This document shows, piece by piece, positions 34,148-43,364 of a DNA stretch of 64,000 bases; the first letter of the stretch is position 1; every line of letters begins with the position of its first letter. A program made the translations under genes and the position numbers. Origin of the DNA: an uncultured virus (IMG/VR IMGVR_UViG_3300013132_000045) (lineage: Duplodnaviria > Heunggongvirae > Uroviricota > Caudoviricetes); the IMG/VR virus record IMGVR_UViG_3300013132_000045. The stretch is one strand, 5' to 3'. The notes under the pieces are model-generated. The model was given only the letters and a program-made list of their open reading frames with translations, had not been told where the DNA came from and made no database searches.

Positions 34148-35521
34148 TCAGCGAATGAGACTATTTATCCAGTCGATGCTATCTTCTTTAGTGGCTTCAA
34201 GAATGGCAGCAGCAAGCGCAAAGCAATAGTCATCAATTGAACTTTCCTTCCCCCCAGTTACACTCCATTGTCCGCTTTGCCTGTATATCACACCAAGGTT
34301 TTTAAGCTGTTTAATTGCTTCTTTATGATTGGGAAGTTCAATAAGTCCTGATTGTAAAAGCTCCTTGAGCTTACCAAAAGCTTTCATTTTTGTACTCACT
34401 GACCAGGCCAGTTCCGACACGGGAAAAGACTTAGAAAGTGATTGAATGGTAGAAGCAGAGTTGTATTGGTCAAGAACAATGCTTTCAAAATCATAAAGAC
34501 GATGCTGTTCTGCAATCCAAAATTCCACTTCTGCAATATTCACTTCCATCTTGCCTGCAATTTCAAAATTAGCATCAAATTGATGAAATTTATCGCAAAC
34601 TAGTCGCTCCCCTTCATAATGCACAATGCAGGCCACGTATGAGTCGCGGCCTTTGCCTCCTCGTGCAGGGTCAAGAGCAAGTACATAGGTGCCTCGTAAC
34701 TCTCGTTCAGGAATGGAAGTGGTGCGTTCTTTATTTACTGCTGCATCTATAATTTCTGGCGATACTAATACTGAATTACTTTTCTTAAATTCAGCTCCAA
34801 ATTCCACCCAGAAGTTCTCAGGATCTTTTTTTAGTGCATTTTGTAAAAAATCACAATCAAAAGGAAGACCTGGATTCACCTCCCAAGTGGGGATTTTTTT
34901 AGCGGACATTCCCTTAAAGTCGCCACTCTCAGCTTGGGCAAAATGTTCGTAAAACACGCCATCTGCTATCCAAGGAGATGAGAGTTCAAGAATTTTACTA
35001 TGAGGAGCAAACTGTGCAATGGAGGGAGAAATGGCATCAAACAATGCTTTAGTGCCTCTATTTGCATCGCCTTCAATACCAAAAGCACATTCATCAAAAA
35101 TTGCCATTGATATGGCTTTACCTCGCGAAGCTCTAGCTGATGCAGGTATGGCTTGAAATACGCAGTTGTTAGATAAGGTGATGTCAAAAGCTGTTTCTCT
35201 AACAATTTCTTGCTCTAAAGGACTGTTAACTAGCAGTTGACGAATAAAATCAAGAGCAATTTTTGCCTGCTTCAAATCGTTAGCCACTGTGCAAACATAA
35301 TAGTTTTCCCCTTTTCTCACTTTTCTGCGAAAATAATCTTCTTGACAAAAAGCCATGTAAACGGCTGCAACAGCGGCGCATGTGCTTTTTCCTGATCTAC
35401 GCCCAAGACACCAAACGCCGTGGTTAATTTTTTCTTCAAACAATTGATTAAGAATTTGTTGTTGTTTGGGCCAAAGTTCTAAGCCTAAAACATGTTTAGA
35501 AAATTCCGAGCAGCGAAGCAT
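34148..35521 (-). CDS. terL: Terminase large subunit
   Basis: LWPKQQ, GRRSGKST, AIFDE, LSSP, ALDPA, C-terminal DDYCFALA. Confidence 0.9.
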   Translation of the reverse strand: MLRCSEFSKHVLGLELWPKQQQILNQLFEEKINHGVWCLGRRSGKSTCAAVAAVYMAFCQEDYFRRKVRKGENYYVCTVANDLKQAKIALDFIRQLLVNSPLEQEIVRETAFDITLSNNCVFQAIPASARASRGKAISMAIFDECAFGIEGDANRGTKALFDAISPSIAQFAPHSKILELSSPWIADGVFYEHFAQAESGDFKGMSAKKIPTWEVNPGLPFDCDFLQNALKKDPENFWVEFGAEFKKSNSVLVSPEIIDAAVNKERTTSIPERELRGTYVLALDPARGGKGRDSYVACIVHYEGERLVCDKFHQFDANFEIAGKMEVNIAEVEFWIAEQHRLYDFESIVLDQYNSASTIQSLSKSFPVSELAWSVSTKMKAFGKLKELLQSGLIELPNHKEAIKQLKNLGVIYRQSGQWSVTGGKESSIDDYCFALAAAILEATKEDSIDWINSLIR

Positions 35522-36005
35522 TTGCTATTTCCTCCATTGCTCTTAACTTTGATTGTGGCATGAAATATGCAGGTCTGCCTCTGGCATAATCGGCCCAATA
35601 CTTTTCATCCATTGCTTCATGTCCCCAGCACCAGCCGTGAATTAAAGTTTGCTGGTTTTCAATGGTAACAAGTACAAACTTTTTCTCAGCCTTCTCGTTT
35701 CGTTGCACTATGAGATCGTAAGAATGCTTGCTTCTGGTTTTCACGTCTATTCCTGGCAAATCATCGCTGCCACGCTTGGCTTCAGTTTCTTTGAACAAAT
35801 GGTGCTTCATTCCCAAATGTGATGCCACAGCCACTTCCCCTGCTGCACCAAGCAAATGAATTTCCAAGGCTTTATCTCCTTTCCACACTCCCCTGTTCCT
35901 TCCACGTAAGCCTTTTGCTTCATTCACTCGCTGCCTCCTCATGCCTTCCTCCATGGCAATCCTGCGTTCTTCTTCCGTGAAGGTGAAAACAATGGGAGTG
36001 GGCAT
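35496..36005 (-). CDS. Putative PD-(D/E)XK-like nuclease upstream of terL
   Basis: GAAGEVAV...DDL..IDVKTR. Confidence 0.55.
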   Translation of the reverse strand: MPTPIVFTFTEEERRIAMEEGMRRQRVNEAKGLRGRNRGVWKGDKALEIHLLGAAGEVAVASHLGMKHHLFKETEAKRGSDDLPGIDVKTRSKHSYDLIVQRNEKAEKKFVLVTIENQQTLIHGWCWGHEAMDEKYWADYARGRPAYFMPQSKLRAMEEIANASLLGIF

Positions 36006-36069
36006 AAATAAAAAGCGTCAGTGCCATCTTAGCCACGTTTAGAATGGTAGCAAGCACATAAATGGGCAA

Positions 36070-38163
36070 ATGTCGGAAGATTTGGTAAATCTCGGTCACA
36101 ATGGCAATGAAAACTTGCGTATAGACGGTCTGGTTAATGCCCTCACTGGCATGGGCACTGGACGAGACAAGAGTCAATACACCACTGCCACTCCCATTGT
36201 CTTCCTCACTCAAGAAGAACTGGAGAATCTTTATAGCCAATGGATTCCTAAGCGCGTCATTGATATTGTTGCAGAACAATCCACGCGTAAAGGCTTTAAG
36301 GTGCTATTTGGCGGGGAAGGCGCAGCAGCGGAGGAAGTGACTGGCATTGAACAAGTGATTGAAGATTTATACATTCTTGAAAGCTTAAATTTGGTTTCTA
36401 AAAATGCTCGCTTGTTTGGAGGGGCAGTTATATTGCTTTACATTGATGATGGGCGTTCCGCTGATCAACCAGTGGACTATAAAAACATTCGTTCCATTGA
36501 AGGCTTGGAAGTGCTTGATAGATGGCAAATTGCGCCTGTTATCAATGAAGATGCACTATACGACTATTCCAAGGCAACACACTATCAAATTATTTCTGGC
36601 GACCTCATTCGACAGCCACAATTAGTAAAAATTCATAAAGACCGCATATTACGGTTTGATGGAGAGTGGCTGCCCTATCGCATTAGGCAAAGAAACTATG
36701 GATGGGGAATGAGCACGCTGCAGACTGTCTATGACAGCTTTCGCTTCTATTCCACTGGCATTAGTTCTGCTGCAACATTATTAACGGAGTTTGATATTTT
36801 TGTGCATAAACTACGCGGACTCGCTTCAATGCTTGCTGCTGGTAAAGAGAAAGACGTGAGAGATCGTTTAGTGCTGAATGATATGAGCAAAAGCATTTAT
36901 CGTGGCTATGCCATTGACGCTGAAAAAGAAGAGCTTGAATTTATTAGTCGTAACTTTGGCGGCATTGGAGAAATCTTAGAAAAGCTTCGCATTGATATTA
37001 TTGGCGCTTCGCAAATTCCCCATACTATTTTATTTGGAGAAAGCCCTGGAGGACTTGGCTCCACTGGTCGCAGTGAGGAGCGTGATTTTGCCAAGCATCT
37101 TGGTGACTATCAAGCTTCTCACTATAAGCGTCCTCTTCAGCATTTGATGAAAATAATTATGCTGAGCAAAGACGGTCCCACCAGTGGAAGATTGCCTGAA
37201 TCTTGGCGCATCAAATTTAACGATCTCTTTGAGCTGAACGAGCGCGAGAAGGCGGATGTGAGAGCCCGCGTGGCCGCCGTGGATGGGCGTTACATTCAGC
37301 TTGGAGTGCTCCATCCGCAGGAAGTGGCAGATGCCCGTTATGGAGGCTCTGAGTGGTCAATGGAACTCACTCTCGACCCATCGCTCCCCCGTGAACTGCC
37401 CCAGCAAGAAAATAGCCCCACCCAAGAAGGGGGTGGTTCCACCCAAAAGAGGGGTGGTTTAGCAGTGCCTCCTGGTGGCCGCGATCCACTAGACGAAGAA
37501 AATGGCACGCTTCCCATGGATGGAAGCAGAGAAGTGGAAGATAGTGCTGGCCTTTATCTGCCCCGTGATTTGGAGGAAGTAAGAGGAGATGTCGTCACTT
37601 TTGTCGATAAAGAGCTTCATCAACGTGCTGTTTCGGCAGCAAAGGCGAAATTCAAAGTATGGCCGTCAGCTTATGCAAGTGGCTATGTGGTGCAACAGTA
37701 CAAGCGCATGTATAAAGAAAAGCATGGTTCCACTTCTGGCGCGTTTAAGGGAGATGCTGGTGAAATTCATGCTGATGACCTGGACAAATGGTTTAAGGAA
37801 GAATGGGTGAGGATTGGTGCCAATGGTGAAATCATGGGGCCATGTGGAGCACGAAAAGAAAGAGAAGGCAAGCCAAAGTGTCTCCCCAAGGCAAAGGCAC
37901 AGGCCATGGCAAAAGAGGAGCGTGAAACTATTGTTGCTCGTAAGCGCAAAGCCGACCCCGATCCTGAAAGGAAGGGACCAGCCAAGATGGTTAGCAGCAA
38001 AGTGGACGCTATTGAGCCCATGAAAGTGGAAGGGCTCATTCTTGGCAACATTGATGAAGAAGCCTTCATTTCTGAAGAGGACATTGACAAAGCCTTAGAA
38101 GAATGGAAGCAGGAGGCACCAGCACGCTTCAAGGACCTCTTGGAAGCTGAAGATGCTGAATGA
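36070..38163 (+). CDS. Portal protein (DUF1073-like) with long C-terminal extension
   Basis: ARLFGGA, IHKDRILRF, IPHTILFGESPGGL.STG, WRIKFNDL; first gene of the head operon. Confidence 0.85.
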   Translation: MSEDLVNLGHNGNENLRIDGLVNALTGMGTGRDKSQYTTATPIVFLTQEELENLYSQWIPKRVIDIVAEQSTRKGFKVLFGGEGAAAEEVTGIEQVIEDLYILESLNLVSKNARLFGGAVILLYIDDGRSADQPVDYKNIRSIEGLEVLDRWQIAPVINEDALYDYSKATHYQIISGDLIRQPQLVKIHKDRILRFDGEWLPYRIRQRNYGWGMSTLQTVYDSFRFYSTGISSAATLLTEFDIFVHKLRGLASMLAAGKEKDVRDRLVLNDMSKSIYRGYAIDAEKEELEFISRNFGGIGEILEKLRIDIIGASQIPHTILFGESPGGLGSTGRSEERDFAKHLGDYQASHYKRPLQHLMKIIMLSKDGPTSGRLPESWRIKFNDLFELNEREKADVRARVAAVDGRYIQLGVLHPQEVADARYGGSEWSMELTLDPSLPRELPQQENSPTQEGGGSTQKRGGLAVPPGGRDPLDEENGTLPMDGSREVEDSAGLYLPRDLEEVRGDVVTFVDKELHQRAVSAAKAKFKVWPSAYASGYVVQQYKRMYKEKHGSTSGAFKGDAGEIHADDLDKWFKEEWVRIGANGEIMGPCGARKEREGKPKCLPKAKAQAMAKEERETIVARKRKADPDPERKGPAKMVSSKVDAIEPMKVEGLILGNIDEEAFISEEDIDKALEEWKQEAPARFKDLLEAEDAE

Positions 38164-38830
38164 TCTAAGCCAGTTCTCTGCTGCCGTTCTGTCCAGCAGA
38201 ATGGACGCCGAATGGTCCTATGACCGCGTTACTGGACGCTATAGGGACGAGCGTGGGCGTTTCTTAAGCAAAGCTGCAGTGGAGCGCATTGTTGATGGAC
38301 GCATTGATAAGCTGGAGCAGTCCTTAAAGCGCTTCACGCGCATGTTAGCTGATGGCTCCATCACCATTGACCAATGGCAAGGCAGCGTCCGGGAGGCGAT
38401 TAAAACGGCTCACATTCAAGCAGCAATTATTGGTAACGGTGGACGAAGTGGTATGGGCAGCGCAGAATATGGACTGGTGGGCCAAAAACTCCGACAAGAA
38501 TACGCTTATCTTCAAAACTTTGCCAACGATCTCCTGGGGCAACGCATCTCGCAGCCAATGGCGCTGGCCCGCATTGGGCTCTATGCGCAAAGTGTTCGCG
38601 GCTCATACTGGCAGGGTAGCGAAATAAGACAGAAGGGACAAGGCTATTCACTGATGCAGCGCATCCTTGATCCACAAGCGCAACACTGCCAGGATTGCCT
38701 TTCCTACGCAGCGCGAGGCATTGTTCCCATTGGTTCATTACCATTGCCTGGCCAACGTTGTGAATGCAAGGCTCGATGCCGCTGTACAGTGAGGTACTTC
38801 AGGCAACAAGCGCCTGTAGTGCCTGTGTAA
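38153..38830 (+). CDS. Head morphogenesis protein (Mu gpF-like)
   Basis: GRYRD..GRF; HCQDC...PG.RCECKARCRC; follows the portal gene. Confidence 0.75.
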   Translation: MLNDLSQFSAAVLSSRMDAEWSYDRVTGRYRDERGRFLSKAAVERIVDGRIDKLEQSLKRFTRMLADGSITIDQWQGSVREAIKTAHIQAAIIGNGGRSGMGSAEYGLVGQKLRQEYAYLQNFANDLLGQRISQPMALARIGLYAQSVRGSYWQGSEIRQKGQGYSLMQRILDPQAQHCQDCLSYAARGIVPIGSLPLPGQRCECKARCRCTVRYFRQQAPVVPV

Positions 38831-38867
38831 ATTTTGCCACTATCATCGGAGGGATTCCGTTTTTCTT

Positions 38868-40091
38868 ATGGCAAAAATTCTTTTCTGTGCGGATGTTGGA
38901 GTACAAACAGGGTTTGGCAGGGTTTCGGAGTATTTAATTCCAGCACTTGCCAAGGAGCATGAAATACACGCACTGAGCGTAAATTGGCACGGCGACCCGT
39001 CGCCCATGCAGAAGCATTGTCAAATGTATCCTGCCATGGCACACGGCACTGATCCTTTCGGCTCCCATCGCATTGCAGAGCTTGTACAGGCAATTAAGCC
39101 AGACGTTGTTTTTATTGTTAATGACATTTGGGTGGCGATCACCTTATACGATCAAATTGAAAAACTGAAAGAAACAATAGGCTTTAAGAGTTGTATTTAC
39201 ACTCCCATTGATTCTTATGGGCTATTTCCTGATTTATTGCCAGCCGTAGATAAATGGGACCAACTCATCACTTACACGGAATTTGGCAAGCAAGAAATTG
39301 AAAAGATGGGCTACACGCGCCCCGTGGAAGTAGTGGGGCATGGCACCGACTTCACTAAGTTCTTTCCCATTGATAAAGCTCAATGCCGTAAGGAACTAGG
39401 CGTGGCGGAAGATGTTTTCATTGTTTTCAATGGCAACAGAAATCAACCACGAAAGCGCATTGACCTAACCATTAAAGGCTTCATTAAATTTGCCAAGGAT
39501 AAGCCTGATGCCAGGCTATGGCTCAACATGGGCAAAAAAGATATGGGCTGGGACATCATCAATTTGTTTAAGAGAGTGGCACGAGATGAAGGTTATGATG
39601 CCACTGGCAAAGTGATTCTTACCAGTCCGCATTTCTCCACGCATAATTGCCTTCCCATTGAACAATTAAATAAAGTGTACAATTCAGTGGACGTGGGCGT
39701 TAATTCTTGTATTGGTGAAGGATGGGGCCTGGTCAACACTGAACATGCCGCTACTGGTGTGGCGCAAATTGTTCCTGATCATACAAGCCTGAAAGAAATT
39801 TTTAATGATATTCCTCGCATTGCTTGCCATGGTTCCGAAACAGATAGAAACTATGGATTGGAGCGAATGCTGCCAGAGCCTGAAAGCCTAGCTGAGCTTT
39901 TGACTAATTATTATGACAATCGCCAGGCCCTTCATACTGCAGGGCAATGGTGCTATAAACGCATCCATGAAAAGCCCTTCACTTGGCCCTCCATCACAAA
40001 GAAAATGCTTGGCATCATTAAGACACTCATTGACCAGCCAGAACAAGAGCCTGAATTCAAGGGCTTTGGTAAGCCTGCAAAAATTGCTTAA
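38868..40091 (+). CDS. GT-B glycosyltransferase (GT4-like)
   Basis: TGFGRV, NRNQPRKRID, GEGWGLVNTEHA. Confidence 0.85.
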   Translation: MAKILFCADVGVQTGFGRVSEYLIPALAKEHEIHALSVNWHGDPSPMQKHCQMYPAMAHGTDPFGSHRIAELVQAIKPDVVFIVNDIWVAITLYDQIEKLKETIGFKSCIYTPIDSYGLFPDLLPAVDKWDQLITYTEFGKQEIEKMGYTRPVEVVGHGTDFTKFFPIDKAQCRKELGVAEDVFIVFNGNRNQPRKRIDLTIKGFIKFAKDKPDARLWLNMGKKDMGWDIINLFKRVARDEGYDATGKVILTSPHFSTHNCLPIEQLNKVYNSVDVGVNSCIGEGWGLVNTEHAATGVAQIVPDHTSLKEIFNDIPRIACHGSETDRNYGLERMLPEPESLAELLTNYYDNRQALHTAGQWCYKRIHEKPFTWPSITKKMLGIIKTLIDQPEQEPEFKGFGKPAKIA

Positions 40092-40099
40092 TTTCTCCT

Positions 40100-40819
40100 A
40101 TGCACGTCTCTATTTCACAAATCTTTTTAAGCGATGCTGGCAATGAACTATCGCCGTTTCTTCAGCATGCTACTGGTACGGTCAAAGCTGCATTTCCCGA
40201 AGCAGTTTATACGCTCTATAACAAGGAAAGTTTAAGACAGTTCATTGTTGATAATTATGACAAAGAAGTGGTTTGGGCTTATGACACGCTCAAGCCCTAT
40301 TCATACAAAGCAGACCTTGGACGTTTTTGCTTGTTGAATAAGCTGGGTGGTTGGTATATGGACATTGGTGTGAGAGTGGTCAATCCAGTGGAAATTGGTC
40401 CACGCATTAAGATGCTGGCCTTTCGGGACATTCAACGCTTTAGCTTCACATGCTGGGCTTGCGCCACCACGGTTCTCTATTCGCAAATAGAAAATCCTGC
40501 CCTGGCGACAGCCATTCAACTTATTGTTAAAAATTGCCATGAGCAATATTATGGCATTACGCCTTTGTGCCCCACCGGCCCGACATTGCTTGGGCAGGCA
40601 TTGGCTATGAATAGTTCCAATGCGAATTTCATTTATGGTGACTACCTAGAACTGACGCCTACGCATGAGCAGAAGAACAGGGCCTTTGTGCTGCCTGATG
40701 GTACGATCATGGCCTGGAGCAAGCCTTCTGGAGGAGGCGACTTGACTGGCTTAGGCGCCAAAGGTGTGAACAATTACAACAAACTTTGGGCTGCGAGGCA
40801 AGTATATGCAACCGTCTGA
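40100..40819 (+). CDS. GT32/OCH1-like glycosyltransferase
   Basis: YKADLGRFCLL...GGWYMDI, PTGPTLL. Confidence 0.8.
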   Translation: MHVSISQIFLSDAGNELSPFLQHATGTVKAAFPEAVYTLYNKESLRQFIVDNYDKEVVWAYDTLKPYSYKADLGRFCLLNKLGGWYMDIGVRVVNPVEIGPRIKMLAFRDIQRFSFTCWACATTVLYSQIENPALATAIQLIVKNCHEQYYGITPLCPTGPTLLGQALAMNSSNANFIYGDYLELTPTHEQKNRAFVLPDGTIMAWSKPSGGGDLTGLGAKGVNNYNKLWAARQVYATV

Positions 40820-41525
40820 TTGCGCTATTTACGCAGTGTGTATTCCTGGCGAAATGGTGCGATATTCATCCCGCGCCCCATTGATTCCCATCATGGGGGG
40901 AGCATGTGATCTAACCAAAGAAGAACGTAAAGAGTTGCGACAAAATGGTTACATTTTTGACGACGAAGGGCAGGCATCTCTTTCTCCATTGAACTCTCGA
41001 TTTGGCGAATTATCGTGCATTCAATGGATAGTAAATAATGCCGAGCAGCTAAATATCGGTAATGCACAGTATCGGCGTAACTGGGTGGAACCAATCAGCG
41101 GTTGGTACAGCGAAAGTACGTTATATGTTCCAGAATTTGCAACATTTGGCTGTAGTCTTGAGCAGCAATTTTATGGTGGGCATTCGGCATTTGATGCACC
41201 ATTGATTACTAGGGCACTGGCTGACACTGGAAAGTGGCTGTTCTCCCGTGAGCAAATTGACAAGATTTGGGCGCAAAATATGTTTATTGGATGCAATATG
41301 GCACGTGGTCCACGAGCCGAATATCGGCTTTTCATGACAACACTGCTTAACGCCTTGTCTCCAATTTGGGAAACGCATAAAAACGCATTTCTTCAGATTG
41401 AAGGCTATGACAAAAGAGCTATTGCTTTCATTGCAGAGCGTTTAATCACTGGCATGGTTTTATACCGGGATAAGCTTTTCCCCGAGATGAACATTGCCAC
41501 TGCCCCCATCGGCTTTATTAAATAA
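40806..41525 (+). CDS. DUF4422-like glycosyltransferase
   Basis: DDEG...NSRFGEL...W; QYRR; CNM; RAIAFIAERL. Confidence 0.7.
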   Translation: MQPSDCAIYAVCIPGEMVRYSSRAPLIPIMGGACDLTKEERKELRQNGYIFDDEGQASLSPLNSRFGELSCIQWIVNNAEQLNIGNAQYRRNWVEPISGWYSESTLYVPEFATFGCSLEQQFYGGHSAFDAPLITRALADTGKWLFSREQIDKIWAQNMFIGCNMARGPRAEYRLFMTTLLNALSPIWETHKNAFLQIEGYDKRAIAFIAERLITGMVLYRDKLFPEMNIATAPIGFIK

Positions 41526-41527
41526 TC

Positions 41528-42058
41528 ATGGCTCACAAAGAACAATCGGACTACATTGCATTGCTTCAGTCCAAGTTTCCTCTTGCTTTCAAGGGGGAAA
41601 GGACCTTAGAAGTAGGAAGCTTAAACATCAATGGCACAGTGCGCAATGCTTTTACTTCTCGTGAGTATGTGGGAGTAGACGTAGGGAATGGGCCAGGGGT
41701 GGATGTTGTTATTAGTGGCCATGAATATGACAGCAAAAAGCCATTTGATTGCTGCATATCTTGCGAGTGCTTTGAGCACAATCCTTTCTGGAAAGAAACT
41801 TTTTTAAATATGATTCGCCTTTGTAAAAGCGGAGGGCTTGTGGTATTCACTTGCGCCACTACTGGCCGTCCTGAGCACGGCACTGAACGCAGCACACCAC
41901 AAGACAGTCCTCTGACCATCGCCAAAGGCTGGAGTTACTACTTAAATCTAACCGCAGAGGATTTTAGTTTTATTGATTTTGACTCTGTTTTTACTGATTA
42001 TGAATTCAGTGTTAATCCCCAGTCGTGCGATTTGTATTTCTATGGAGTAAAGGTCTAG
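41528..42058 (+). CDS. Class I SAM-dependent methyltransferase (glycan-associated type)
   Basis: LEVGSLNING, YVGVD..GPGVD, ECFEH, GRPEHGT. Confidence 0.85.
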   Translation: MAHKEQSDYIALLQSKFPLAFKGERTLEVGSLNINGTVRNAFTSREYVGVDVGNGPGVDVVISGHEYDSKKPFDCCISCECFEHNPFWKETFLNMIRLCKSGGLVVFTCATTGRPEHGTERSTPQDSPLTIAKGWSYYLNLTAEDFSFIDFDSVFTDYEFSVNPQSCDLYFYGVKV

Positions 42059-42076
42059 ACTGAGAAAAAAAGAGTC

Positions 42077-42727
42077 ATGACTAACAAGCAAAAACAGGCC
42101 AAATTGGCGAAAGTGATGCGAGAATTTAAGGCTGGCACTCTTAAAGGGAGCGATGGCAAGCCAATTGTCAGTCGCAAACAGGCGATTGCCATTGCCATGT
42201 CTGAAGCTGGCATGTCAATGGAAGGCAAAAGTGATGCTTATGTAGATGCCTATGTGGATGCTATGTGCTGCATGGAAGAAGAAGGGGAAATGGAAGAAGA
42301 TATGATGGATGAAAGCATTGGCGAAAAGCGCTGTAAGGCTTATTTAAGCACTGTCAAGAAAAACAGAAAAAAAGTAGATAGGGGCGACGCTGAATCGTTT
42401 GCCCCTCCATCGTCTGTTCGTTCTGCAGCCCGTCGAGGGCTTGAACTGCGCAAGAAGCATGGCAAAGGCGGCCTGACCACGCAGGAGGCAGGCAAGCAAG
42501 GCATTGGCAGTGGTGTGGCCAGGGCTGGCGATTTGGCGGGAGGCGGGGGAATTAGCTATGCGACAATTAAACGTATGTCAGCATTTTTCTCTCGCCACGA
42601 AAAAAATAAAAGCGGAGGAGAAGATGATGCTGGCTACATAGCATGGTTGCTATGGGGCGGAGACGCAGGTAGGGCGTGGGCCAATCGCATCATTAAGATG
42701 GTAGAAAGCCGCAAGCAAAAGCCATGA
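42077..42727 (+). CDS. Two-domain putative internal head protein (DUF6496-like N-terminus)
   Basis: KVMREFKAGTL...KQAIAIAMSEAG; RMSAFFSRH...IAWLLWGGDAG. Confidence 0.6.
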   Translation: MTNKQKQAKLAKVMREFKAGTLKGSDGKPIVSRKQAIAIAMSEAGMSMEGKSDAYVDAYVDAMCCMEEEGEMEEDMMDESIGEKRCKAYLSTVKKNRKKVDRGDAESFAPPSSVRSAARRGLELRKKHGKGGLTTQEAGKQGIGSGVARAGDLAGGGGISYATIKRMSAFFSRHEKNKSGGEDDAGYIAWLLWGGDAGRAWANRIIKMVESRKQKP

Positions 42728-43032
42728 GTGAATACGTCCGTGTGATTGAAGATGAAGAAGATGGCATTGGCATCATGAAAGCCTTGGCTGTCCTTTCATC
42801 TAACGAACATCGCAACACTTCCCAATGGCAACTTGTTGAAGAGCAGCATTTCAAGAATGGCCGCCTTGATGAAACGCATATTTTCGTCAGAAGTCATTAT
42901 GACAAGCCTGATGAGCATTTTGAAGATGCCAAGTTTCTCATGTTTGAAGCGGAAGCAATTGCCAAGTCATACATAATGGAAGGCATTGAAGGTCAAATTA
43001 GAGAAATTCAAGACGACGATGATGACGACTGA
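42724..43032 (+). CDS. Hypothetical acidic protein
   Basis: ATGA overlap; 102 aa. Confidence 0.6.
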   Translation: MSEYVRVIEDEEDGIGIMKALAVLSSNEHRNTSQWQLVEEQHFKNGRLDETHIFVRSHYDKPDEHFEDAKFLMFEAEAIAKSYIMEGIEGQIREIQDDDDDD

Positions 43033-43268
43033 GCTGCATATACAACATAATTAGGCATTCCCAGGAGCCATAGCACGGAATAGCCATATAAGCCGCTAAG
43101 AGTGGCTAACTGCACGGCAGATGGCTCGCTAGTTCCCTTTTCAAGGCGACAATAAGTGGCCTGCCCAATGTGTAGCTTTTTGGCTACATAACGCTGCGAA
43201 AGACCACTGTTTTCCCTCAGTTCTTTCATTCTTGATGCCACCAGGATGCGACGCTCAAAATGAGGCAT
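43008..43268 (-). CDS. XRE-family HTH regulator
   Basis: RMKELRENSGLSQRYVA..LHIGQATYCRLEKG..EPS. Confidence 0.85.
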   Translation of the reverse strand: MPHFERRILVASRMKELRENSGLSQRYVAKKLHIGQATYCRLEKGTSEPSAVQLATLSGLYGYSVLWLLGMPNYVVYAAQSSSSSS

Positions 43269-43364
43269 CGTCAATGCATTGGTAGTGCTAGATAAAAAAC
43301 GCAAAATGAATCGCAGATGAATCACTTTATACAATATACAACAAAAGCTGAATAGTATAACTAT

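Noticed and set aside
36070..38163. Anti-CBASS (Acb1-type) annotation sometimes given to DUF1073 proteins
   Set aside because: Position and motifs are those of a portal; no 2H HxT/S pair was recognised in the extension
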